From IMG/VR virus record IMGVR_UViG_3300026187_000011, positions 14,344 to 78,343 of that record: a stretch of DNA of 64,000 nt. The stretch is one strand, 5' to 3'. The notes beneath the pieces are model-generated. The model did no database searches and was not told where the DNA came from. It worked only from the letters and a program-made list of their open reading frames with translations. Positions within the stretch are counted from its first letter, which is position 1. Each line of letters begins with the position of its first letter. This DNA is from a virus (taxonomy: Duplodnaviria; Caudoviricetes). Positions 1-7,845 of the stretch are shown here, piece after piece. The position numbers and the translations under genes were made by a program.

Positions 1-39
1 TATTTTCATTCTAAGTCCTTAAAAACCAATAGTCAATGA

Positions 40-63
40 TGTTACTACCTATATCTTGTAACA
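40..63. promoter_or_regulatory. Palindromic operator-like site, TGTTACTA-N8-TAGTAACA family
   Basis: TGTTACTA cctatatc TTGTAACA (1 arm mismatch), non-coding, downstream of the tRNA. Confidence 0.55.
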
Positions 64-100
64 TACCCTGCAAATCTAAAGTACAACTTTAGTTTTTCAA

Positions 101-176
101 TGGAGCCATCGACCGGAATCGAACCGGTGACCTTTCCATTACGAGTGGAATGCTCTACCAACTGAGCTACGATGGC
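101..176 (-). tRNA. tRNA-Thr (anticodon CGT) with encoded CCA
   Basis: Reverse complement GCCATCGTAGCTCAGTTGGTAGAGCATTCCACTCGTAATGGAAAGGTCACCGGTTCGATTCCGGTCGATGGCTCCA: acceptor stem, D loop, anticodon stem TTCCA/TGGAA with loop CTCGTAA, GGTTCGA T loop, CCA end. Confidence 0.96.
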
Positions 177-281
177 GTAGTACCAAAGCCCAAAATCCCA
201 ATTTTTTTATTTTTGGCAATTTCCAAATCCATGGAAACCCGAGAAAGAGGGTATATATCAACGCACAGCCAAATTTGCCGT

Positions 282-298
282 CCCCCCCAAGGGGGGGG
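282..298. other. C7-AA-G8 inverted repeat in the divergent intergenic region
   Basis: CCCCCCC AA GGGGGGGG seen directly; lies between the - strand tRNA and the + strand early block. Confidence 0.6.
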
Positions 299-300
299 TG

Positions 301-326
301 TGTTACTAACTGCACAGGTAGTAACA
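301..326. promoter_or_regulatory. Palindromic site with perfect arms and a 10-bp spacer
   Basis: TGTTACTA actgcacagg TAGTAACA. Confidence 0.55.
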
Positions 327-399
327 GAAATCCCCTAAACCCCTGATTTCGTGGGGTTTATATGGGTACAATGCTTAACATTCATACATATTACACATT

Positions 400-1034
400 G
401 TCCGTACGGGGTACGGATTGGGGATTGACTACCCCAAGGGTGAAACTCGCTCACCAAGCGAGGGAAACCTTACCCGCCATGAGTCACTATTCGAGACGTG
501 CATTCGATTGCAAGCTAAGGAGTGAAACTGCCAAGCCGCCTGAAAAGTCATGGGTCTATAATCTAACTTATCCGCTCTGCCTGCGACAGGTAACGGTATC
601 TCGCTCGGAGGCGAACACCCTTGGTTGGGTCAGTAGTCAGAGGAGGGCGAGTGCTCGGGTATGGTAGGCTATCCAATGGTTAACATTGGTAAAAATAGTC
701 TTTAAAGGGTCAGCGTGCGAGGGATTGTCTTAACGGGGCAATCATGCTAAGACGGGGTCAATCTAACCTAGGGGCAGTAATCCCTAAGATTGAGTCAAGA
801 GCAACCTAAAAGGTCGAGGATAAAACAAGTTCACTTTTACCTAGTACGGAAAGCAACTTGCCAAGGCAAAGCACAAAACCTCCTTCGGGAGTGGTCAGTG
901 TAGGGTGGAGCCAAGTCGTGTATAACTTCCACTGACAATCCGATAATATCGCATAAACACAGGGAGCGTAAAAGATTCAGGGAGCGAGGCAACTCATGCC
1001 ACATTCTAAGCCACTGATGAGAAGGGATTTGGTC
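400..1034 (+). ncRNA. Candidate large structured non-coding RNA
   Basis: No credible ORF. At least 12 helices, including long-range 434-442/616-624 (9 bp perfect), 426-432/633-639, 758-764/787-793 and 894-900/930-936, and a C(UUCG)G tetraloop at 883-888. Confidence 0.6.
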
Positions 1035-1080
1035 TACTACAAAGTGTAGTATTAACAATCAACTAACCAAAGGATACAAA

Positions 1081-1656
1081 GTGAATAATACAACATTAAC
1101 ACACTTCGATGCATTACTAGAATCTGACCGTGCTGAGGCTGAGAGAATACTTAGACTGAGTGAACAGGCTATAGATGGTGCCAATGCTAAAGCCATACTC
1201 GACGAGGAGACCACTGAGGTAATGACTACTAAAATGATTCTCGACAAGCTCAATGCTATTCGTGAAGACAAGTCATACAGCGTACCAAGTGGCTATCGTT
1301 TGCCTGACAATGAATATGTTCTAAGTCAGATTTCCCATGATGAGACAGGATTTCATGGTACAACTGATTTCCTAGGCATAAATGCAATGTCTTACGGCGA
1401 GGCTAAGAAGTTAGCCAAGCAGGATTATCTCGACAACTTCTGCAACGATGAGGCAATCGATGCAACATTCGATTTGATTCGTGAGCATCGTGAGTCAAAC
1501 ACAGCGACATTCTCTAAGAATACGCTGAAGCACAACAAGAATGGTACAACATCATTCAGGTTGTCCGGCACACTTGGTCGCAAGATGAAGAAAGCATCGG
1601 CAGCAACACCGGGTGAAATAGTTGCACACATGAAGAGTAAACTCTCTTCAAAGTAG
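1081..1656 (+). CDS. Hypothetical early protein (191 aa)
   Basis: GTG start after AACCAAAGGA leader, long clean ORF. Confidence 0.8.
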   Translation: MNNTTLTHFDALLESDRAEAERILRLSEQAIDGANAKAILDEETTEVMTTKMILDKLNAIREDKSYSVPSGYRLPDNEYVLSQISHDETGFHGTTDFLGINAMSYGEAKKLAKQDYLDNFCNDEAIDATFDLIREHRESNTATFSKNTLKHNKNGTTSFRLSGTLGRKMKKASAATPGEIVAHMKSKLSSK

Positions 1657-1734
1657 TACTGATGAGGCTTTAATAGCCGAAACCTATGCGCACCCTGTCA
1701 ATACGGGCAGGGTGCATCAGTATTTGTCTACTAC
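1653..1734 (+). ncRNA. Hammerhead ribozyme (type I topology)
   Basis: Stem I GTAGTA(1653-1658)/TACTAC(1729-1734); CTGATGA 1659-1665; stem II GGCT-TTAAT-AGCC; GAAAC 1679-1683; GTC cleavage triplet 1726-1728. Stem III has only 2 bp before a 2x2 internal loop. Confidence 0.65.
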
Positions 1735-1764
1735 ATAACTTCAACCCTTAACCAAGGATTTATC

Positions 1765-2076
1765 ATGAGAAATGGCAAAGTATATGCCAAGCCAATGGGT
1801 GGTCGCATTGCGATGACTACCAAGGGTAGCCGTGCGTACAGGAGTAACACTCGTCGTCGGTTTCCTAAAAAACCAAAAGGATTAGAGCTTGCACCATTTG
1901 ACATACCATTGGTGTTCGACCTGACCATTGCCGAGGATGCGCTTGCCATCCAGGACTTCAACTTATTCGACCTGCTCGAGGCTGACTCATCGAATGATAA
2001 TATTTACATACTAACATCAGACAAAATCGAATGGCGTGCCGACTTGTGGCTAGCCATCAACAACGCAATATCATGA
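1765..2076 (+). CDS. Hypothetical protein
   Basis: ORF with AACCAAGGA leader, overlapping the next start. Confidence 0.7.
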   Translation: MRNGKVYAKPMGGRIAMTTKGSRAYRSNTRRRFPKKPKGLELAPFDIPLVFDLTIAEDALAIQDFNLFDLLEADSSNDNIYILTSDKIEWRADLWLAINNAIS

Positions 2077-2471
2077 AGACAATATCAGACATCCGTCCAC
2101 TTGTGGGTATGCATCCACATGCCGGTCCTTCTCATGTAAAGTACGGCACAGAACCACGCTTCGTACATCTATCGGGTATCGACAATACCAAGCCACATGA
2201 CAACCTGCGTACTCCTGAGGATGTATTGGGGTATATGTATAATAGGTTAATGGGGTCTACATATGCCCCAGCGGTACCACTCAAGTTCGAGAAGCCCGGT
2301 ACAATTGGATGTAGTGTGCCAAAAGTCGACCGAGATTACACACCAACTGCTGACACTGCGTGCATCCTCGGTGGGTACACACCTGACGAACACGCCGCAT
2401 CATACGCCCGTGCCAAGCAGGATGCCGGACTATACAGCTACACACCACTCGCTGATATTGTTTCAAAATAA
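2073..2471 (+). CDS. Hypothetical protein
   Basis: ATGA overlap with the previous stop; start reassigned from 2031 to 2073. Confidence 0.65.
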   Translation: MKTISDIRPLVGMHPHAGPSHVKYGTEPRFVHLSGIDNTKPHDNLRTPEDVLGYMYNRLMGSTYAPAVPLKFEKPGTIGCSVPKVDRDYTPTADTACILGGYTPDEHAASYARAKQDAGLYSYTPLADIVSK

Positions 2472-2572
2472 CTATCACTACCCACAACTTGACTTATGTT
2501 CTACAACACACCTAAACGAATCTCCGCTGAAAGAATGCGGAGGCTAATTAAACAACTAAGGAGGAAACAATA

Positions 2573-2812
2573 ATGACAATACCATTAACTGAAGTACTAG
2601 ACGAAGCATGTGCACCAAAGAAGGAGCCACTTGTTATTAATATGAGTGACCTGACACATCTTGACGGCACACCTCTCACAGATGAGGAACAAGCACAAGT
2701 CATGGATGATGTGTTTTCCACTGATGATTGGGCGCAATTCTGCGAGGAAGTACAGTCAGGTGATGATGGACACACCCTATCTGAGAAGTGGGATGAGATG
2801 ATGGAACGATGA
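2573..2812 (+). CDS. Small acidic hypothetical protein
   Basis: AAGGAGG SD; 21 D/E versus 4 K/R in 79 aa. Confidence 0.8.
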   Translation: MTIPLTEVLDEACAPKKEPLVINMSDLTHLDGTPLTDEEQAQVMDDVFSTDDWAQFCEEVQSGDDGHTLSEKWDEMMER

Positions 2813-3177
2813 AAAAACTATTTACTATGAAAAATCAAAGACTAACATCACAACGCAGAAAGCGTCTTGCACGCCCTGCGTTTATTATCAATGCCCCCAG
2901 CGGGAATGTAACGATTGCTAACAGCAAGTCAGGCGATTGGTTGCGCAGCATGATGAACCGAGACCGTATCAACAGCCCAAAGGGTTGGATGATTAAGGAT
3001 GCCGTATCCTTCTTCAACCGTGGTCAGAAGTTCCGCTTCAATCGACTGCAAGCATCACAACGCAAGCTAGCCAATAACAATGTCACTGTGCGCTCACATC
3101 AGCGTAAGCTCGACTCAACACCATTCGATTACACTCAATCACTTGCATATCACCTGGCATCTGTCGGTTATGCTTGA
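2809..3177 (+). CDS. Basic hypothetical protein
   Basis: ATGA-coupled ORF. Confidence 0.7.
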   Translation: MKKLFTMKNQRLTSQRRKRLARPAFIINAPSGNVTIANSKSGDWLRSMMNRDRINSPKGWMIKDAVSFFNRGQKFRFNRLQASQRKLANNNVTVRSHQRKLDSTPFDYTQSLAYHLASVGYA

Positions 3178-3179
3178 TA

Positions 3180-3203
3180 TGTTACTAATTTTAAGTAGTA
3201 ACA
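3180..3203. promoter_or_regulatory. Perfect palindromic site TGTTACTA-ATTTTAAG-TAGTAACA
   Basis: Intergenic between 3177 and 3230; near-identical copies at 49086 and 60657. Confidence 0.7.
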
Positions 3204-3229
3204 ATCAGATTCACTATTACTAAAATGCA

Positions 3230-3433
3230 ATGAAGTTTAATCTAACTATCACCTGCGACAACTCTGCCTTCGATGATGACTACGAATTATCCCGTATCCT
3301 GTCACATCTGAAGGTGCCTGTACTTGAGGGAGTTGCTCAGTTTAAGGAGGGCGACACGCTTAATGCAGGCGGGTCTATAAAAGACCGCAACGGCAGCACT
3401 GTTGGTAAATGGGAGTTAACGGAAGAACAATGA
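3230..3433 (+). CDS. Hypothetical protein
   Basis: ORF coupled to the next gene by ATGA. Confidence 0.75.
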   Translation: MKFNLTITCDNSAFDDDYELSRILSHLKVPVLEGVAQFKEGDTLNAGGSIKDRNGSTVGKWELTEEQ

Positions 3434-3705
3434 ATGCTACATTCTGCAACCAATCAGGTGCTAAGTATCTGATTGAGTCTAGGGAAGGCAAGCGCGGAGG
3501 CTATGTGGTCACGCGCTTGTCTACCGGAAAGAAAGAGACTGTGAGTGCGAATCTTATCGCTAAGACATCCGCACGATTAGACGCAGGCGAACAAATCCCA
3601 TTCAGGGACATTAATTACACTGTAGCTGTGGAGCAGGCTGTTGTGTTCATCCTTATAGATGAAATACACATCAACCCGTTTGAGCGCGTGTATACAAAAC
3701 GATGA
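3430..3705 (+). CDS. Hypothetical protein
   Basis: ATGA overlaps at both ends; start set at 3430. Confidence 0.7.
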   Translation: MNATFCNQSGAKYLIESREGKRGGYVVTRLSTGKKETVSANLIAKTSARLDAGEQIPFRDINYTVAVEQAVVFILIDEIHINPFERVYTKR

Positions 3706-3932
3706 AAGATAACTACATACCACAACCCTCTGTTGAAGAGGAGAAGAAGGATGAGGCGAACTACAATGAGTATCGCTCACAAGCTGAACAAGATATGAAT
3801 GAGCCTCAGCATATTTCTCACATTATTGAGGATATGGAGCATGATGAGACTACCATACTAGGACTACTGAGAAGTATTAAAGCGTCGGACGACGCTATGA
3901 TTAACGAGGAGAATGGCGAATGGAACTGCTAG
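3702..3932 (+). CDS. Small acidic hypothetical protein
   Basis: Coupled ORF, D/E-rich. Confidence 0.7.
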   Translation: MKDNYIPQPSVEEEKKDEANYNEYRSQAEQDMNEPQHISHIIEDMEHDETTILGLLRSIKASDDAMINEENGEWNC

Positions 3933-4309
3933 AGAAATTACCCCTGAAGGCAGCACAGTGGTTACTTTGGGACTATCTGCCTGATGTGGACGATGATGAC
4001 TACACGCTAGAGCAGTTACTAAAGTATGACCCACGTGGTGCGTTTGAGGATAATCTGAATGATATGTCCAAGTATGATGCAGTTGCTGCCATGACCACAC
4101 TCATTCATAAGCTTCTACCAGGCTTAACTAAACTGAAACCCGATACCGTAATATGGTCTCCTACCATACACTTCTATAACGAAGAGACCGATGAACGGGA
4201 ACGCTACCTGCGTAAGTGCATTGAAGAAGAAGAACATGAAACGCGTGGACTCAATGGCTCATATGATGAGTACATTGATGAATATTCAGATGCGGACCCA
4301 GGACTATGA
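3920..4309 (+). CDS. Acidic hypothetical protein
   Basis: ORF in operon, D/E-rich C-terminus. Confidence 0.75.
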   Translation: MELLEKLPLKAAQWLLWDYLPDVDDDDYTLEQLLKYDPRGAFEDNLNDMSKYDAVAAMTTLIHKLLPGLTKLKPDTVIWSPTIHFYNEETDERERYLRKCIEEEEHETRGLNGSYDEYIDEYSDADPGL

Positions 4310-4458
4310 ATAGGGATTTCTCTAAGAGAGTACTACTGCAAATGTTCTGCGAGTATGCTGAGCATCCGTCTTCTGAGCTACTTGAACAGATACGGGAGCT
4401 GAATGATGCATTGTATCCACCCAAACCTAAACCACTTCCTTGGTGGTACGGACTATGA
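4306..4458 (+). CDS. Small hypothetical protein (50 aa, not in ORF track)
   Basis: MNRDFSKRVLLQMFCEY...PWWYGL; ATGA overlaps at both ends and fills the gap exactly. Confidence 0.6.
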   Translation: MNRDFSKRVLLQMFCEYAEHPSSELLEQIRELNDALYPPKPKPLPWWYGL

Positions 4459-4727
4459 GGAGCTTCACAAGTAAAGAGTTCTGGAGGAGGCATGCACCTG
4501 ACTTCAACTTCGACCTGAATGAGGAGCAGCTGATTGAGAAAGGCCTCGAGCGTGGGTTTATATTGCACTGTGGATTCAGGAAACCTGGGGGTATGCTCTT
4601 TAGGTACAACCCACACTACAAGTCTGTTACTGCAGAGGATGTAAACGAGGTTATTCGTGACAATGGAACGGATGCATCAGAGATGGTGCAGGACCTCGTA
4701 GATGAGGAGTTATACGGTGAGCATTGA
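4455..4727 (+). CDS. Hypothetical protein
   Basis: ATGA-coupled start MRSFTSKEFW. Confidence 0.7.
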   Translation: MRSFTSKEFWRRHAPDFNFDLNEEQLIEKGLERGFILHCGFRKPGGMLFRYNPHYKSVTAEDVNEVIRDNGTDASEMVQDLVDEELYGEH

Positions 4728-5016
4728 GGAAGAAGTATGCCCGCCTGACCCAAAGTATCACATCGAAGGGTCACACATGATATGTGAGGACGGCAAGCCT
4801 GTCATTGTGTCATCATTGTGGAAGTGTATCCAGCGTGTACGACAGATGGAGAGTGGTATGACTAGGATGTACGAGCACTCTGACCTCACCATCATGCCAT
4901 ATGAGCTAGTCATCACTAAAGATGAATACGGAGGTAGTACTGCCACATTGCCTGTAATGCACCCTCTCAAGGAGGTGAGTAACTATGATGAGCAACCCAT
5001 ATCACGATTCAAATGA
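4702..5016 (+). CDS. Hypothetical protein
   Basis: ORF in operon; true start may be GTG at 4717. Confidence 0.65.
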   Translation: MRSYTVSIEEEVCPPDPKYHIEGSHMICEDGKPVIVSSLWKCIQRVRQMESGMTRMYEHSDLTIMPYELVITKDEYGGSTATLPVMHPLKEVSNYDEQPISRFK

Positions 5017-5720
5017 GTAAAATGAGCGAGATGGACATTGAAGTGAGTAATATATGTCCAGGCACACCCGAGCGTCCAATCAGGGGCTCGGAGCATACAT
5101 TCAAGAACCTACGGGGAGAATGGATTGAGCAAGTAAAGTTAGGTACAGATGGTGGGCGCGGACATACGCATCGCGTTATACTATCACACGGCAATGCATT
5201 CAACCGACACGGCGGATTGTATACCAAATGTGACACGAAACATATATATGAAGAGTTGCGTGAGATATTCACGCCGAACACAGGGTGCAGAGTATTCGAC
5301 ATTGAGATGATTGCATCCGGTCCGAACAAAGGCAAGTGTGCCCTACTCGATATTCCTGACATGCGGAGCATGGGGAGACGAGATGTTCAGACTTGGAACG
5401 GCAGACCAATAAGTGAGGAGGCTACCGAATACCATGTGCGTCACGATATAATTAAGGCATGGTTGCCCGCTCAGCCATATTGGGAGGAAATTAAGTACGA
5501 CATATTTGCTCTGCCATCGAGCGACTGCGTATCAGGCAGAGTGAATACTAAAGAGTATCCTGACATATCACTTGCGGGAGCGATGTACGAAGACATGAAA
5601 TCCCTATCTGAGAAGTGGGAGGATATGCCGTATGAGGGTGTGGTGCTAAAGAAGCGCACCCATACATACAAATGGAATCAAAAGGACACATCCGAATGGA
5701 TAAAAGTCCGATACAAATAA
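5013..5720 (+). CDS. ATP-dependent DNA ligase-like nucleotidyltransferase (adenylation domain only)
   Basis: Motif III-like VFDIEM, IIIa-like LLDI, motif IV YEGVVLK, motif V WIKVR. Motif I is atypical (FKNLRGEW) and there is no OB domain. Confidence 0.65.
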   Translation: MSKMSEMDIEVSNICPGTPERPIRGSEHTFKNLRGEWIEQVKLGTDGGRGHTHRVILSHGNAFNRHGGLYTKCDTKHIYEELREIFTPNTGCRVFDIEMIASGPNKGKCALLDIPDMRSMGRRDVQTWNGRPISEEATEYHVRHDIIKAWLPAQPYWEEIKYDIFALPSSDCVSGRVNTKEYPDISLAGAMYEDMKSLSEKWEDMPYEGVVLKKRTHTYKWNQKDTSEWIKVRYK

Positions 5721-6298
5721 TGACAACAACAGCAACACCAGTCCTTGCTTCACAACTTGAGGAAGCAAGAGCAATGATGTCGGGTGGCTCCGACCGGTTC
5801 TACAACAATGAGCCATTAACAAGCGAGAGATACATATACACCGAGGGTGTCCGTCAGCATATGGAGCTAGCGGAATCCTACTGGTTATTGAACGACATAC
5901 TCATTAATGCTGAGCATCGGCTCAAGAAAGAGCAGTTCCTTGTGGTTGAACTAATTGTGCCACATGAGCAAGGGTATGAAAGATTAGACCGTGTGCGATT
6001 TGATGTTAAGACACACAATATACTCAAGGACAGGCATGGCATCCCTAAGAAATTAGTAGAGGATGTAGTAATGGAAGAGCATGCGCTTAATGTTACTGCT
6101 GCCATGCTCACCATGAGGCAGGACACAGACATTCCTCCTGCGTATCACAGGACATACAACATCACTAATCATCCCCCTGGTCGTTGGAAGTTCTATCTCG
6201 AACAGGGTGCTATCCCAATTAGGGGAGCGAATGACTTCGGTGATGATTGGCCGAACATGGCACTCGGATACACACTAATGCTACCTAACGAACGATGA
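5720..6298 (+). CDS. DUF6876-like conserved phage protein
   Basis: YIYTEGVRQHMELAESYWLLNDI matches my recollection of the YTDGV..AYWL.D motif; TAATG-coupled start at 5720. Confidence 0.6.
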   Translation: MTTTATPVLASQLEEARAMMSGGSDRFYNNEPLTSERYIYTEGVRQHMELAESYWLLNDILINAEHRLKKEQFLVVELIVPHEQGYERLDRVRFDVKTHNILKDRHGIPKKLVEDVVMEEHALNVTAAMLTMRQDTDIPPAYHRTYNITNHPPGRWKFYLEQGAIPIRGANDFGDDWPNMALGYTLMLPNER

Positions 6299-6627
6299 GT
6301 TTAGACTGGAATGCAAAAAAGGTTAAGGAGTGGGATAATATATCCGAGACCAAAAGAGAATTGGTTATCTACTTCACCATGTTTCTTGGTATGAACGAGA
6401 TAACTGAGAAGACACTATGGGAATGGTGCTTTCGTGCGAAGGTGTACAATGGTGTGTTCTCTGAATGGGCTGACAAGGAGTGCACATTCCTAGCTGATGA
6501 AAATGAGATGAGTAAGTTCATTGGACTACGTACGAATGCTTCACGGGAACCTGCAAGCAAGTGGTTCAATAGACATTACAAGATTTCTGCAAGGCAGGCG
6601 AAGGAGGCGAAGAAGAAGGCAGCATGA
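6295..6627 (+). CDS. Hypothetical protein
   Basis: ATGA-coupled ORF. Confidence 0.75.
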   Translation: MSLDWNAKKVKEWDNISETKRELVIYFTMFLGMNEITEKTLWEWCFRAKVYNGVFSEWADKECTFLADENEMSKFIGLRTNASREPASKWFNRHYKISARQAKEAKKKAA

Positions 6628-6794
6628 TTGAGCTAACTAAAGTTACTATTGATTGGGGTACTTGCCACATGGAGAAGGAGGTTATGTATGTCACAACTGA
6701 CTCACAAGCTCACGAAATGGTTGTCAATTATGCCAACGATAACGGATACAGCCTAAAGGAGGAGGTGGTAACTGCCACCATTAAAGATGACTAA
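6624..6794 (+). CDS. Small hypothetical protein (56 aa, not in ORF track)
   Basis: MIELTKVTIDWGTCHMEKE...ATIKDD; fills the gap with overlapping start and stop. Confidence 0.6.
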   Translation: MIELTKVTIDWGTCHMEKEVMYVTTDSQAHEMVVNYANDNGYSLKEEVVTATIKDD

Positions 6795-7014
6795 TGTAGG
6801 TAGGCTAGCAGGTAAGGATAATCAGTACTCATTGGAGCTTAATGAGTACGGATTATATGAAGAGCAGCTTGGTACCTGTCCGAAAGGTAAGAGGCACTGC
6901 TTGTTTATAAAATACCTGCCTAATCCATTGGCATCCGCATGGAAATTCTTTCCCACCTACGGGGAAGCAATACGAGCACAAGACCACTGGGTCGACAAAT
7001 TGAATAGAGAGTGA
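6787..7014 (+). CDS. Hypothetical protein
   Basis: Operon-coupled ORF. Confidence 0.65.
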   Translation: MTNVGRLAGKDNQYSLELNEYGLYEEQLGTCPKGKRHCLFIKYLPNPLASAWKFFPTYGEAIRAQDHWVDKLNRE

Positions 7015-7346
7015 AAAAAACATACACAAAGACCGAGATGATTCGCCTATGGCATACTTATCTCGAGATGTTGAGCCTACAAGAAGCAAAAGAGAAATAC
7101 AGTAAGACTGCGTACAGAAATGTACACTTAAACATGCATGAAGGTAGGACACGTGGAAGCTATGAAGCATTCATGATGAACATCAGTACTGCACGAGACA
7201 AGGCAGGGTTACCCTTACTAAAAGGGTACAAACCATCCATGCCGAACTACAACAAGTACCTGGATAAGCTATGCGTCATGACTGACGAAGAGCGTGCGAA
7301 GGAATTTGTTGATGACCTGAAGGAGCAACAGAAGAGAGCAGCCTGA
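7011..7346 (+). CDS. Hypothetical protein
   Basis: GTGA-coupled ORF. Confidence 0.7.
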   Translation: MKKTYTKTEMIRLWHTYLEMLSLQEAKEKYSKTAYRNVHLNMHEGRTRGSYEAFMMNISTARDKAGLPLLKGYKPSMPNYNKYLDKLCVMTDEERAKEFVDDLKEQQKRAA

Positions 7347-7594
7347 TGACCAACAGACTCACATGGTGGGCACACTACAATAAGCCCATGCACCAAAAGA
7401 CAGGTATTGATATAATGACCGTGCATTACAAAAACGAATGCCGGTTCGTCAAGAGTATCAAGTCTGATGGAGGCTTCCATACGCACAACAGGAAGCAACA
7501 ACCCCGTATGATTATCAAGGGCAAGACCCGTGGGATTATATGGGATGGATACGACCAAGCTACCAATACATGGGATTCAGCACACATACAATGA
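7346..7594 (+). CDS. Hypothetical protein
   Basis: TGATG-coupled ORF. Confidence 0.7.
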   Translation: MTNRLTWWAHYNKPMHQKTGIDIMTVHYKNECRFVKSIKSDGGFHTHNRKQQPRMIIKGKTRGIIWDGYDQATNTWDSAHIQ

Positions 7595-7845
7595 TACCAA
7601 CACAATACCTAGACGAGGATGGTAAACCTGAGTTTATCGATATCCCCGATGACTACGATAAGGTCATGCAAGAAGCGTATGACCACTGGGATAACTGCAA
7701 CGACACGAAGGATGCATACCAACATGATGACAACATGGGTCTGCATACTGGCGGTTCGTTGCGAGAAAAATACGAAAACTATCACGCGATGGCGATAAAC
7801 TGTAACGAAAAACCAATTGGATATGATGAGTGGCTCAACTATTAA
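7591..7845 (+). CDS. Acidic hypothetical protein
   Basis: ATGA-coupled start MIPTQYLD. Confidence 0.7.
   Translation: MIPTQYLDEDGKPEFIDIPDDYDKVMQEAYDHWDNCNDTKDAYQHDDNMGLHTGGSLREKYENYHAMAINCNEKPIGYDEWLNY

Noticed and set aside
101-176. tRNA-Thr as attP/attL marking a prophage boundary
   Set aside because: The tRNA is complete, no partial duplicate is seen, it lies 18 kb from the integrase, and a phage palindrome copy (40-63) lies beyond it, so it looks phage-borne.
362-667. 101-aa ORF in the 5' non-coding region
   Set aside because: No SD or leader, atypical composition, and it overlaps the dense RNA structure; the other short ORFs in 150-1058 were rejected likewise.
427-700. Group I intron P7 (GACTA/TAGTC) in the large structured region
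   Set aside because: No P/Q elements, wrong spacing, and no interrupted gene around it.
1014-1051. Second hammerhead at CTGATGAG 1014-1021
   Set aside because: No stem II followed by GAAA; the element order does not fit any hammerhead topology on its own.
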